From NCBI GenBank assembly GCA_024405755.1, contig JAKSOD010000001.1, forward strand, positions 8,752 to 72,751: a stretch of DNA of 64,000 bases, in the 5' to 3' direction. Made by a program: the position numbers and the translations under genes. The notes beneath the pieces are model-generated. The model did not search any database and was not told where the DNA came from. It saw only the letters and a program-made list of their open reading frames with translations. Shown here in pieces: positions 51,709 to 61,510 of this stretch. Source of the stretch: Clostridia bacterium (GTDB lineage Bacteria; Bacillota; Clostridia; Oscillospirales; CAG-272). Position 1 is the stretch's first letter. Each line of letters begins with the position of its first letter.

Positions 51709-54326
51709 TGTATTACCTCAATAATGCGTCTTACCGTAACGTCGGTATCAGAGTCAGTATCAACTGAAAAATCAGAAAAGCGAATGTATTTTTCATATCT
51801 TTGTTCAAAAAGACGTTCGACACCTTCACTTTGTGTCAAAGGTCTTCCTTCGGCAGACAGTTTTTCAAGCGGAGTGTTCAAAAGTACAACCGCGCAGACT
51901 TGTCTGAGAGGAAGATAATTGTCTTCTCGGGTTACAATTCCTCCGCCTGCGGCGATCACGGCGGGAGAGTGACGAAGGGCACGGAGAAGTTCCCGATGCT
52001 CGATCTTCCGGAATTCTTCCTCGCCGTTCTCACGAATTATCTGTTCGGGAGTTTTTCCGGAAGAATAGAAAATTTCCTCGTCTGTGTCTATCACTTGTCT
52101 GTCAAGTATTTCGGCGAGTCGTCGTGCTGCTGTGGATTTTCCGCATCCCGGCATACCGATAAGAACAATGTGCCTGAGTTCATTTTTCAGGCAGCGTATT
52201 ATGTTCACGACTGCCTCTTCGTCGGAAACAGATTCTGACGTGAACTTACCGGTAACAATTCCGCACGTCTGTGCAGCCTGAGCTGCAAGCATGGGAAGAC
52301 CGCCGCAGGCAGGGATTCCGAGTTCTTCCGCAAGGCAGATCAGAGTTGTACGGAACGGATTATAAGTAAGATCTATTACTGCGCCGGCTTTTGCGATAAT
52401 GTCGGAACTCAGCGGACATTCGTCGTAATGAGGATACATTCCGACTGGTGTCGCGTTTACGATCACTGTGTTTTTGCAGACAATATCTTTGAGATTGTCA
52501 TAGCCTATATCGCCGGCATTCCTGCGTGATCCCAATAGAGCAGTGCGGCACTTTTGGCGCGTTACGGCTTCACGAACTGCTGCTGCGGCACCGCCTGTTC
52601 CGAGAATAACAACATCTTTACCCTCAACACTGATATTTGAAAATCGGAGCAGAAAATCAAATCCGTATACGTCGGTATTGAATCCGGCAAGTCTTCCGTC
52701 TTCAAGACGCAGTACCGTGTTGACAGCACCGCAGTGAGCGGCAGTAGGGGAGAGGGTATCGAGAAAAGGAATTATATCTCTTTTGTAAGGAACGGTTACG
52801 TTCAGAGCGTCAAAATCTTTCTTTTGCAGAAAAGCGGGAAGTTCTTCACCGGATAAATCCTTCAGTGAATACTTGTAATCAGCGAGGAATCCGTGCAGCT
52901 TCGGTGAAATGCTGTGACCGAGCGGATGACCGATAAGAAATACTTTTTTATTTGAAAATCCGCTTATAATGGCGGTAGGTTTTGTTTGAATGTTTCTTGA
53001 AATACGCAGGATCGTGTCGTAAAGTTCAAGGCAGTTATCGGAATTTTCGCCGGACAGAATAGAAAGTCTTTTTTTAAGTTCGGATTCCCGTTCGGGAACG
53101 AAAACCGAACTCATAGATGCTTTTTTCAAATGACCGATACGGCGCACGGCAGAACATCTTGCAATAAATGCGTCGGTGATCTGTCTGTCGCAAAGATCGA
53201 TCAATCCTCGTTCTGCGTCAATACCGCGTAAGGATTTCACAGGATCAAGGAGGACATCACATACGGCAATGGCAGCGGCTGCTTCTGCGGCTGGAACGGC
53301 ACGGGGAACTATACACGGATCGTGCCTTCCGGATATTTTTACGGTAACGTTTTTCATTTGCGAAAGAGATACCGTATGCTGTTCCTTGCCTATTGTCGGA
53401 GTTGGCTTTATTGCGGCACGGAAAATAATCGGCATTCCGTCAGACATCCCCCCCAGAATTCCTCCGCAGTTGTTGGTTTCTGTACAGATATGTTTTCCGT
53501 CGGTAATAATAGGATCATTGTTTTCCGAGCCGCGCTTTTCACTCCCGGAGAATCCGGAGCCGAATTCTATACCTTTGACGGCGGGAATGGCGAAGACAGC
53601 TGACGAAATACGTGCTTCAAGTCCCGCGAACATATGCTCACCGAGTCCGGCAGGAATGCCGCAGATCGCGCATTCTATCACTCCGCCTATGCTGTTAAGG
53701 TCGGCTTTCGCATCTGAAATGACTTTGCGCATACGCTCACCCGATTCAGTATCAAGGACCGGAAACATACCGGATAAGTTTTTATTTTCAAGAATTGAGC
53801 GTTCCGTCTCGCCGACATTCACGGGATCAAACGGTGTATCGTTTACCGTTCCGACAGAAAGCGCGTGCGCGATTACGAATATTCCTTTTTGAGCGAGGAA
53901 TTGTTTTGCAAGAAAACCGGCGACGCAGAGAATCGCGGTCAGTCTCCCGGAAAAATGTCCTCCGCCGCGAAGGTCAACATTTTTTCCGTAAGCGGCAACG
54001 GCGGCAAGATCAGCGTGAGAAGGGCGGGGAGTATCGTTGAAATTATAGTCGGAAGGACGTGAGTCGCGGTTAAATATACGGAATTCAATGATTCCGCCGT
54101 CGGTGACACCGTCGGTGATTCCGCGGATAAATTCCGGTTCGTCGGTTTCGCGGCGTGCCGTTGCGAGAGGATCACGTCCCGGTGCTCTGCGAAGCAGAAA
54201 ATCACGCATTTTGTCGGGATCAACGGAAACACCCGCCGGAAAACCCGACATAGTTCCCGTCATATATTCATCGTGAGAGCCTCCGTCAATGCGGAGTTTT
54301 AAGTTGATACCGTATGGACAACTCAT
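51705..54326 (-). CDS. Four-domain fusion: chorismate synthase, chorismate mutase (AroQ class), shikimate dehydrogenase and shikimate kinase
   Basis: Chorismate synthase: '..GRHDPCIVPRAVPAAEA'. Chorismate mutase: 'LRGIDAERGLIDLCDRQITDAF....VPERESELKKRL..ILRISRNIQ'. Shikimate dehydrogenase: 'GHPLGHSISPKLH...NVTVPYK...NTD'. Shikimate kinase: 'IVLIGMPGCGKST...DTDEEI'. 873 aa. Confidence 0.8.
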   Translation of the reverse strand: MSCPYGINLKLRIDGGSHDEYMTGTMSGFPAGVSVDPDKMRDFLLRRAPGRDPLATARRETDEPEFIRGITDGVTDGGIIEFRIFNRDSRPSDYNFNDTPRPSHADLAAVAAYGKNVDLRGGGHFSGRLTAILCVAGFLAKQFLAQKGIFVIAHALSVGTVNDTPFDPVNVGETERSILENKNLSGMFPVLDTESGERMRKVISDAKADLNSIGGVIECAICGIPAGLGEHMFAGLEARISSAVFAIPAVKGIEFGSGFSGSEKRGSENNDPIITDGKHICTETNNCGGILGGMSDGMPIIFRAAIKPTPTIGKEQHTVSLSQMKNVTVKISGRHDPCIVPRAVPAAEAAAAIAVCDVLLDPVKSLRGIDAERGLIDLCDRQITDAFIARCSAVRRIGHLKKASMSSVFVPERESELKKRLSILSGENSDNCLELYDTILRISRNIQTKPTAIISGFSNKKVFLIGHPLGHSISPKLHGFLADYKYSLKDLSGEELPAFLQKKDFDALNVTVPYKRDIIPFLDTLSPTAAHCGAVNTVLRLEDGRLAGFNTDVYGFDFLLRFSNISVEGKDVVILGTGGAAAAVREAVTRQKCRTALLGSRRNAGDIGYDNLKDIVCKNTVIVNATPVGMYPHYDECPLSSDIIAKAGAVIDLTYNPFRTTLICLAEELGIPACGGLPMLAAQAAQTCGIVTGKFTSESVSDEEAVVNIIRCLKNELRHIVLIGMPGCGKSTAARRLAEILDRQVIDTDEEIFYSSGKTPEQIIRENGEEEFRKIEHRELLRALRHSPAVIAAGGGIVTREDNYLPLRQVCAVVLLNTPLEKLSAEGRPLTQSEGVERLFEQRYEKYIRFSDFSVDTDSDTDVTVRRIIEVIQ

Positions 54327-54350
54327 TTTCGCCCTTCCTTTGATTTGTAT

Positions 54351-55172
54351 TTATACTTTTGTCCCTGCTTTTTTCGCAAGTTTCTTTTTTAATTGACGGC
54401 GTACGCGCGGGCGATCGAGGAAATATCGGAACATTGATTTGATATGGATCTTCATCAGTTGTTTATTTCCTCGGCTTCCGCCGTGCCAGTCGTGTATAAC
54501 ATAACTGTCGTGGATCAGCATGGTGTTGCCGAATTCCTGCATACGTTCGGTAAGATCGACGTCTTCAAAATACATAAAGTATTTGTCGTCAAACCCGCCG
54601 ACTCCTTTGAAAAAAGCAGTTTTTGTTACCATAAAACAGCCGGTGCAGAACTCGATCTTAACGGGAGAGGAGCAGTCTATGCCTCTCATCGTGTATTCAT
54701 CACGGTATTTTTGGAATGCTTTGACTTTTTCCGAAAGCCTTCCGAGAACAAGATAACGGAAGTTCGGAGTACGTCGGGGCAGGAACTGTTCCGATCCGTC
54801 AGCATTGCGTATCTGAGGAGTTACAAGAGCGGTTTCGGGGTGATTTTTCAGATATTCGGTAAGTTCAGGCAGTACATTTGTTTCGATTCTGATATCGGGA
54901 TTGATGATTGCATGGTATTCAGAATCGATAAGGTTCATAACAGAGTTGTGACCGGCACCGAAACCGTTATTTTTGCAGGTCAGGAATGTTATATTTTCAT
55001 TATCAATGAATTCATTTTTAAGGACGGAGGCAGTGGAATAGTCCGGCTCCCCATTATCGACAACGTAAACGTGATATGAGATACCTTTTGTGTGTTCCGT
55101 CAGATTCTGAAGCAGGATACGTACGTTGTCGCAGTCATTGTGTGAGACTACGCTGATACTGATATCGTTCAT
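54351..55172 (-). CDS. Family-2 glycosyltransferase
   Basis: 'ISISVVSHNDCDNV...VYVVDNGEPD...', 'FMYFEDVDL'. Confidence 0.8.
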   Translation of the reverse strand: MNDISISVVSHNDCDNVRILLQNLTEHTKGISYHVYVVDNGEPDYSTASVLKNEFIDNENITFLTCKNNGFGAGHNSVMNLIDSEYHAIINPDIRIETNVLPELTEYLKNHPETALVTPQIRNADGSEQFLPRRTPNFRYLVLGRLSEKVKAFQKYRDEYTMRGIDCSSPVKIEFCTGCFMVTKTAFFKGVGGFDDKYFMYFEDVDLTERMQEFGNTMLIHDSYVIHDWHGGSRGNKQLMKIHIKSMFRYFLDRPRVRRQLKKKLAKKAGTKV

Positions 55173-55177
55173 AATGA

Positions 55178-55969
55178 TTATTCCTCTCCGTGATCATTAT
55201 CCGCAGGCATACGGGCGATCTGAGCCTTACGCCGTAAGAGATATAATTTGCAGTAGATTCTGTCCGCGAGAGATCCCTCGGAGCAGAAAACAGTAAAATC
55301 TTTTTTAAATAAATTGAATCTTTTTTCAGCCGATTTCCGTGATACATTTCCGCTGCGTGAAAAATGCTGAATAAGAGGTGAATCAAATACCGCGAGTTGT
55401 GCGCCGGAATTTTTGAGTCTACGGATGTAGTCGTGATCAGCATAATCAAGGAAAAGTTTTTCGTTATATTTGAATTTACGTGCCGTTGCGGAACGGATCG
55501 CAAGACCGCTGTTAATACCCGTTAGTTCATTCGCAGAAACGGCAAAAGGATCGTCAGCGCGGCTGACGCGGCAGCCTTTTATTCTGCACGGGGACATAAT
55601 GAGACCGTTGTCGGCCTCACGGACGACGGGTAAAAAGGCGGCTGCTTCCGGATTTTTCTCAGCTGCATCGGCAAGAGCGGAGAAGTACCCAGAAGGTATC
55701 TCCGTGTCGTCGTCAAAAAGACAGATAAGAGTATCGTCGGAAACGTCGGATAAAGAATCAAAAGCACGGTTGTAAGCACGCGGAAGTCCCGCATTTCCAT
55801 TCATATCAAGGTAGCGTACACCGTCGGATTTTGCTTTTTCCTCATTGCGAGTTACAGATATACTGTTGTCGCAAACAGTAATACCCACGCCGGATAGAAG
55901 CAGGGAAGAATATGAAGGCGAGTTTTCGAGGTCCCGGTTATAAACGACAATGACAGCTTCAATTTTCAT
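55178..55969 (-). CDS. Family-2 glycosyltransferase
   Basis: Start MKIEAVIVVYNR.., then '..ICLFDDDTEIP'. Overlaps the upstream GT2 by 11 nt. Confidence 0.75.
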   Translation of the reverse strand: MKIEAVIVVYNRDLENSPSYSSLLLSGVGITVCDNSISVTRNEEKAKSDGVRYLDMNGNAGLPRAYNRAFDSLSDVSDDTLICLFDDDTEIPSGYFSALADAAEKNPEAAAFLPVVREADNGLIMSPCRIKGCRVSRADDPFAVSANELTGINSGLAIRSATARKFKYNEKLFLDYADHDYIRRLKNSGAQLAVFDSPLIQHFSRSGNVSRKSAEKRFNLFKKDFTVFCSEGSLADRIYCKLYLLRRKAQIARMPADNDHGEE

Positions 55970-56708
55970 TCTTCGACCCTGCCCTTTCTTGTCTGACACG
56001 GGCAACTTCTTTTCTGCGTTTAAAAAGGGCAAGTGCAAGAGATGCTCTCCATTTAATCATCTGACGGATACCCGCATGTGAGGTGGATGATGAATTATCT
56101 CCGTGGCGTCGCCAAAGGATAAGAGGCTTATCAATAAAGGCTGTACGTCCGATCTGTTCTCCGATAATGCCTATCCATTGATCGTGCATAGGTAATTTGT
56201 CGGGAAACGGCAGGATAGCCGGAATGATCTCACGGCGGAAAGCCATGCAGCAGCCTATATATGAATTCCGCAGCCAGTTGTTAAAAGTGCCTTCTTTCCT
56301 TCCGTGAACTGCAAAAAAAGATTCTGAGATCACATTGAGTTCTCCGTCGGTTACCGAAGCATCATGAATTGCTGCGGTGACATCTGGATCGTCGAAAGCG
56401 GAGCACATAAGTTTCACTTTTTCGGGCAGCCATACGTCATCCTGATCAGAAAGGAATATTATATCTCCGCGGCAGGCCGACACAGCGTTTCCGAAATTAG
56501 CGATAAGTCCTTCTCCCGGACCGTTGATCACCCGCAGACGTTTGTCTTCTGAGGAAATACCGGATAAAATTTCAGCTGTCCGGTCTGTTGAGGGATCGAG
56601 GGAAACGACGATTTCACCGTCTTCGGGTAACTGCAATAGGATCGAGCGCAGTTGATCTTCAATATATTTTTCACCGCAGTAAGCAGCAAGAGCGACCGAA
56701 ATTCTCAA
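55959..56708 (-). CDS. Family-2 glycosyltransferase
   Basis: TTG start after an AAGGAG RBS. 'ISVALAAYCGEKYIEDQLRSIL...IIFLSDQDDVW'. Confidence 0.8.
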   Translation of the reverse strand: MRISVALAAYCGEKYIEDQLRSILLQLPEDGEIVVSLDPSTDRTAEILSGISSEDKRLRVINGPGEGLIANFGNAVSACRGDIIFLSDQDDVWLPEKVKLMCSAFDDPDVTAAIHDASVTDGELNVISESFFAVHGRKEGTFNNWLRNSYIGCCMAFRREIIPAILPFPDKLPMHDQWIGIIGEQIGRTAFIDKPLILWRRHGDNSSSTSHAGIRQMIKWRASLALALFKRRKEVARVRQERAGSKNEN

Positions 56709-56839
56709 AATTGACTCCTTAAAAAGTTAAAAAGGGGAAATAAAATACCTATATATAATATACAATATATTTAAGAAAAAATCAAGATGTTGTGTGCAGG
56801 AAAAGAAAAAATATACTAAAAACAAATCAGAGGTTTAAA

Positions 56840-56887
56840 CAAAAATGACGGGGTGCCAAAACAGTCGAAAGACTTTTTTAACACCCC
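56840..56887 (-). terminator. Terminator after the glnS-DUF1294 unit
   Basis: Long imperfect hairpin GGGGTG..(GAAA-type loop)..CACCCC. The minus-strand reading is followed by GTCATTTTTGTTT. Confidence 0.6.
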
Positions 56888-56896
56888 GATATTAAA

Positions 56897-57211
56897 TCAG
56901 AATATCAGGATCCCGAAGTAAAAAGCCGAAAACAGAAGAACAGCCTGCAAAATCATTATAACAGGGATACCAATCATAAACTTTTTGTGCCGGGTTTTAT
57001 GCCTTATTCCAAGCATTGTAAGATACATGGCAAGAGACCCTCCGAATGCAGAGAGCAGCAGAAGAGTCCGCTCACGAGTCCTGTGCTTTGGTCTTCTTTT
57101 TGCCGCCCATTTGTCGTAGACCGTGACAGACACTGAGATCACGGAAATGATCAGCAGCCAGCACAGAAGAACAAGCAGCGGAAAATGATGAGAAGAAAAA
57201 ATTTTTTCCAT
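56897..57211 (-). CDS. DUF1294-family small membrane protein
   Basis: 'VYDKWAAKRRPKHRTRERTLLLLSAFGGSLAMYLTMLGIRHKTRHKKF' matches the DUF1294 pattern. Confidence 0.75.
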   Translation of the reverse strand: MEKIFSSHHFPLLVLLCWLLIISVISVSVTVYDKWAAKRRPKHRTRERTLLLLSAFGGSLAMYLTMLGIRHKTRHKKFMIGIPVIMILQAVLLFSAFYFGILIF

Positions 57212-58875
57212 TATTTTTTCGGGAAACTATCTTTAAGACCGACTATGCGGTTGAAGGTATCGGTATTTTTAGTGTCCTTGACGTAGTAACCGTTGCGGAC
57301 GAACTGGAATCTTTCACCTGCTTCGGCATTTCCGAGAGAAGGCTCTACCATGCACCCTTCGAGACGGATGGCGGAATCAGGATTGAGATAATCGTTATAC
57401 GTTTTGCCTTCCGGCATATCGTCAATATTTTCAAGAGTAAAAAGATAATCGTAAAGGACGACATTTGCGGGGATGGCAAATCTGGCAGACAGCCAATGGA
57501 TAGTACCTTTGACCTTGTGACCGTCGGCGGGATTACCGTTTCCGGTTTCAATATCAGCGGTGACGTGCACCTCTGTGATATTACCGTCTTCGTCTTTCTC
57601 GATTTTGCCGCATTTAACGATATAAGCGCCCATGAGACGAACTTCACCTTCGGGTTTTAAGCGGAAAAACTTGGAAGGAGGTACTTCTGCAAAGTCGTCA
57701 GCGTCAATGAAGAGTTCACGGGTGAAAGGAAGCGCACGTGTACCGGCTTCGGGATCCTGAGGATTGTTGGGAAGATCAAAGTATTCGACCTTGTCTTCAG
57801 GGAAATTGTCAACTATAAGTCTTATGGGTTTCATCACAGCAATGCGTCTGGGCGCTGTTAAGTTCAGTTCCTCACGAATGCAGTGTTCAAGCAGTTCAAT
57901 GTCAACAACGCTGTACACCTTTGCGACACCGGCTCTGTCAACGAAATCAAAGATTGCGGATGGAGTATATCCGCGGCGGCGCAGACCGCAGAGAGTGGGC
58001 ATACGGGGGTCATCCCACCCGTCAACGAGACCGGTTTCCACCAACTGACGGAGATATCTTTTGCTCATTACGGTGTGAGTGACATTAAGGCGAGCAAATT
58101 CTCTCTGCTTAGGTTTAACTTCAAAACCGACATTGTCAACTACCCATTCGTAAAGAGGGCGGTGATTTTCAAATTCGATCGAGCAAAGAGAGTGTGTGAT
58201 TCCTTCAAGGGCATCCTGAATCGGATGGGCAAAGTCATAAAGAGGATAAATGCACCACTTGCTGCCCTGACGGTGATGAGAAGTGTGAACTATGCGGTAG
58301 ATCGCAGGGTCGCGCATATTCATATTGGGACTTGCCATGTCGATTTTAGCACGGAGGGTGTGAGAACCGTCGGCAAATTCACCGTTTTTCATTCTTTCAA
58401 AGAGATCAAGATTCTCCTCAACGGTACGGTCACGGAAAGGAGAAGGCTTTCCGGGGGTATTGAGCGTTCCGCGGTATTCCTTCATTTCCTCGGCGGAAAG
58501 ATCGTCAACGTATGCCTTGCCTTCTTTGATGAGTTTTACGGCAAACTCATAGCACTTGTCAAAATAATCCGAGCCGTAAAAAACACCGCCGGTTGGCTCG
58601 CAGCCAAGCCATTTCAGATCCTCGTAAATAGATTGAACATACTCGTCATCCTCACGGACGGGGTTGGTATCGTCGTAACGGAGATTAAAAAGACCGCCGT
58701 ATTTTTTTGCGACCTGTGTATTTATGCGGATCGCTTTGGCTGAACCGATATGGAGGTAACCGTTCGGTTCGGGAGGGAATCGGGTGTGGATCTTCAGACC
58801 GGGATTGAGTTCGAGATCGGCATCAATGATCTCGTGAATAAAATTGCTTTGTATTTCTTTTCCTTCAATTTCCAT
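57211..58875 (-). CDS. glnS: Glutamine--tRNA ligase
   Basis: 'NFIHEIIDADL..TRFPPEPNGYLHIGSAKA' (HIGH) and 'VMSKRYL' (KMSKS variant). 554 aa. Confidence 0.92.
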   Translation of the reverse strand: MEIEGKEIQSNFIHEIIDADLELNPGLKIHTRFPPEPNGYLHIGSAKAIRINTQVAKKYGGLFNLRYDDTNPVREDDEYVQSIYEDLKWLGCEPTGGVFYGSDYFDKCYEFAVKLIKEGKAYVDDLSAEEMKEYRGTLNTPGKPSPFRDRTVEENLDLFERMKNGEFADGSHTLRAKIDMASPNMNMRDPAIYRIVHTSHHRQGSKWCIYPLYDFAHPIQDALEGITHSLCSIEFENHRPLYEWVVDNVGFEVKPKQREFARLNVTHTVMSKRYLRQLVETGLVDGWDDPRMPTLCGLRRRGYTPSAIFDFVDRAGVAKVYSVVDIELLEHCIREELNLTAPRRIAVMKPIRLIVDNFPEDKVEYFDLPNNPQDPEAGTRALPFTRELFIDADDFAEVPPSKFFRLKPEGEVRLMGAYIVKCGKIEKDEDGNITEVHVTADIETGNGNPADGHKVKGTIHWLSARFAIPANVVLYDYLFTLENIDDMPEGKTYNDYLNPDSAIRLEGCMVEPSLGNAEAGERFQFVRNGYYVKDTKNTDTFNRIVGLKDSFPKK

Positions 58876-58889
58876 GTTTTTACTCCATT

Positions 58890-60575
58890 TCAGAGAGATT
58901 CGGAAAATTTACGTACACGGTCGAGAGTTCTCTCACGTCCGATAATGGAAATAACCGTAAACAGATCGGGAGAATTCATTTTTCCGGTGACGGCAACGCG
59001 AATAAACATACTGATGTCTGCAACGCTGCCCTTAAATGCGGCGGGATCGGCTTTGTACTGCTTCATATCAGACGCAAAACCGAGATCGTCGGCAATTACC
59101 TTGATTCTTTCAAACCAAGCGTTAGCATCGCTCATATCAAGCGTATCTGCGAAGAGAGCAAGTGCTTTTTTGATGTCATCACGTTCGAAAGAATCGGGGA
59201 TCGTATCGGTTACTGTGAATAATTCATCATAGAAGAATCCGATAAAATCTTTGACTTCACTCCATACGGCAAAATCTTTGCGAGGCTTTTTGCCTCCGCG
59301 ACCGATCGAGAGAATTGCTTTGGCATAATCGGGATCACGGCGGAGAAGAGCGGAAAAATCTTTATCGTATTCGTCTGCCCATTCCGTAAGCTGATCAAAA
59401 ACCTGCTCTGCGGTCATTTTTGAGACAACATTCTTCGATACGTCGTTGAGTTTAGTATGGTCAAAAAGGCAGCCTGACGCGCTCATTTTGTTGATACCGA
59501 ATTTGAAATCGCTCCAATGCTTGTCGGGATTCTGCATACGCCATTCCTCAAAATTGGAGTTGAGTATCGTCAGCAGATATTCAGATACACATTCGGGAGC
59601 ATATCCGATACGAGTGTAGTCGTTCATATTTGCACCGAGATCGCGTTTTGACAGCTTTTTCTTGTTTCCGTTTTCGTCAAGCTGCATGATCTGTGCCGTG
59701 TGCAGGTACTTGGGCAGTTTGAAACCGAGATAACGGAAAAGCATAATGTGCTTTGCAACACTCGGCAGCCATTCCTCGCCGCGAATAACGTGAGTGGTGT
59801 GCATCAGATGGTCGTCAATGGCGTGAGCAAAGTGATAAGTCGGGATTCCGTCGCTCTTTAACAGAACGAAATCTTCGTCATTCTCCGGGATTTCAAGTTT
59901 TCCTTTGATCAGATCGTTGAACGGAGTTTTCTTTTCGGGATCACCGTCGGCGAGGATTCGCAGAACGAATTTGTTGCCGGCGGCAATGTTCCGTTCAACA
60001 TCTTCCATGGTGAACTCGCGCAGACGTCGCATGGCAGTTTTCTGTTCAGCCTCAGTGTTTTCGGTCCACTCGCGGGATTTAACTTCTGCTTTCTTGTCAA
60101 TAGCTTCAAGGGCTTTCAGTTCCTCGTCGGTTGTGAAGCAGGGATATGCTTTACCTTCAGCAACAAGTTTCTTGGCATAAACGTGGTAAATATCTCCTCG
60201 CAGGCTCTGTTTGTAAGGACCGTAGATACCGTTGTCGGTAACCTGACCGTCTTCTCCGACGGTTGCGCCTTCATCAAATTTAATCCCGTATCTTGACAGT
60301 GTGTTTATCAGATTTTCGGCAGCTCCGGGAATTTCGCGCTTTGAGTCAGTGTCTTCGATACGAAGATAGAAAACACCTCCCGACTGATGAGCAAGACGCT
60401 CGCCTACCATAGTCTGATACACACCTCCGAGATGAACAAATCCCGTAGGACTGGGGGCAAAACGTGTTACTTTTGCGCCTTCCGGAAGTTGACGGGCAGG
60501 GTATTTTGCTTCGATCTGCTCCGGAGTCGCAGTAACGTCCGGAAACAAAAGACCCGCTAAATGTGAGTAGTCCAT
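58890..60575 (-). CDS. gltX: Glutamate--tRNA ligase (long clostridial type)
   Basis: 'TRFAPSPTGFVHLGGVYQ' (HIGH-like) and 'KLSKRD' (KMSKS). Start taken at MDYSHL (60575), with MVTEMD (60587) also possible. The ORF-track N-terminus overlaps the MBL gene and is rejected. Confidence 0.88.
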   Translation of the reverse strand: MDYSHLAGLLFPDVTATPEQIEAKYPARQLPEGAKVTRFAPSPTGFVHLGGVYQTMVGERLAHQSGGVFYLRIEDTDSKREIPGAAENLINTLSRYGIKFDEGATVGEDGQVTDNGIYGPYKQSLRGDIYHVYAKKLVAEGKAYPCFTTDEELKALEAIDKKAEVKSREWTENTEAEQKTAMRRLREFTMEDVERNIAAGNKFVLRILADGDPEKKTPFNDLIKGKLEIPENDEDFVLLKSDGIPTYHFAHAIDDHLMHTTHVIRGEEWLPSVAKHIMLFRYLGFKLPKYLHTAQIMQLDENGNKKKLSKRDLGANMNDYTRIGYAPECVSEYLLTILNSNFEEWRMQNPDKHWSDFKFGINKMSASGCLFDHTKLNDVSKNVVSKMTAEQVFDQLTEWADEYDKDFSALLRRDPDYAKAILSIGRGGKKPRKDFAVWSEVKDFIGFFYDELFTVTDTIPDSFERDDIKKALALFADTLDMSDANAWFERIKVIADDLGFASDMKQYKADPAAFKGSVADISMFIRVAVTGKMNSPDLFTVISIIGRERTLDRVRKFSESL

Positions 60576-60618
60576 TTCAGTTACCATTCCTTCAATAAAT
60601 TTAATCAAACTGTTTTTG

Positions 60619-61227
60619 TTATTGTGTGAATCCGCGGAGCGCATCTGCCTCACCGACAGAGCAGGACGGACCGTGTCCGGGAAAAAGACGTATTTTTTTA
60701 TCCAACAGAGAAAACCGACAAAGAGTATCTTCGGTATCGGACATTGAACCTCCGGGAAGATCATATCTGCCGTATCCATGAGCAAACACAGCATCACCGC
60801 AGAAAAGATTGTTACCGCAAAGGAAGCATGACGATCCGGGAGTATGTCCCGGGGAGTGGATAACTCGGATAAGTTCATCTCCGAGTCCGATAACGTCACC
60901 GTCTTTTAACATGATGTCAGCTTTTTCAAAAACGACCGGTCTTCCCGCAATCCACGTTGATACATTCAGTTCTGCGTCAGTTAAAAAATTCCCGTCGCAG
61001 ATGTGGATATAAACAGAAGCACCGCTGATTTTTCTGAGCGTGGTCAGATTTATCATGTGATCGTAATGCCCGTGGGTTAGGAAAATATGAGTGAGGGGCA
61101 ATCCCGACACAGTATCGAGAATATCACGGATGTCTGCGGCAGGATCGATCACGGCAGCCGCATTCTCCGATTTCAGAACGTACGTGTTTGCGCCGTATCC
61201 TTGTGATAATACAGTCAGGATTTTCAT
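60619..61227 (-). CDS. MBL-fold metallo-hydrolase
   Basis: 'IFLTHGHYDH' and '..HSPGHTPGS..' motifs. 202 aa. Confidence 0.85.
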   Translation of the reverse strand: MKILTVLSQGYGANTYVLKSENAAAVIDPAADIRDILDTVSGLPLTHIFLTHGHYDHMINLTTLRKISGASVYIHICDGNFLTDAELNVSTWIAGRPVVFEKADIMLKDGDVIGLGDELIRVIHSPGHTPGSSCFLCGNNLFCGDAVFAHGYGRYDLPGGSMSDTEDTLCRFSLLDKKIRLFPGHGPSCSVGEADALRGFTQ

Positions 61228-61510
61228 CTGATCCTCCTGTGACCCTCCGGCAATTAATGAACGAAAAAATCTTTTATTATTTTACCATAATTTTTTTATT
61301 TTGTCTATACGGTAATTACAAATTCATATTGAATATTCTTAAAAAAATTTATAATGATTAAAACAAATAATCGAAAAATGACGAATATTATCATAATAAA
61401 ATAAACTTATGAAAAATAGAGCAAAGGCTATTGATTTTTTCTTTTCAATGTAGTAAAATATGGGGTAGAACTGAAAATCAGCAAAATTTATTCCCGAAAG
61501 GATAGTAACT

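Noticed and set aside
58890-60899. The full 669-aa ORF as gltX
   Set aside because: The first ~105 codons overlap the 3' end of the MBL hydrolase gene and bear no resemblance to GluRS. An internal Met with an RBS-like GAAGGA precedes the conserved N-terminus.
60576-61510. A T-box leader upstream of gltX/glnS
   Set aside because: gltX follows the MBL gene with only a ~30-40-nt gap. The AT-rich region upstream of the MBL gene lacks the specifier-loop/AGAGA and T-box (..GGUGGUACCGCG..) sequences.
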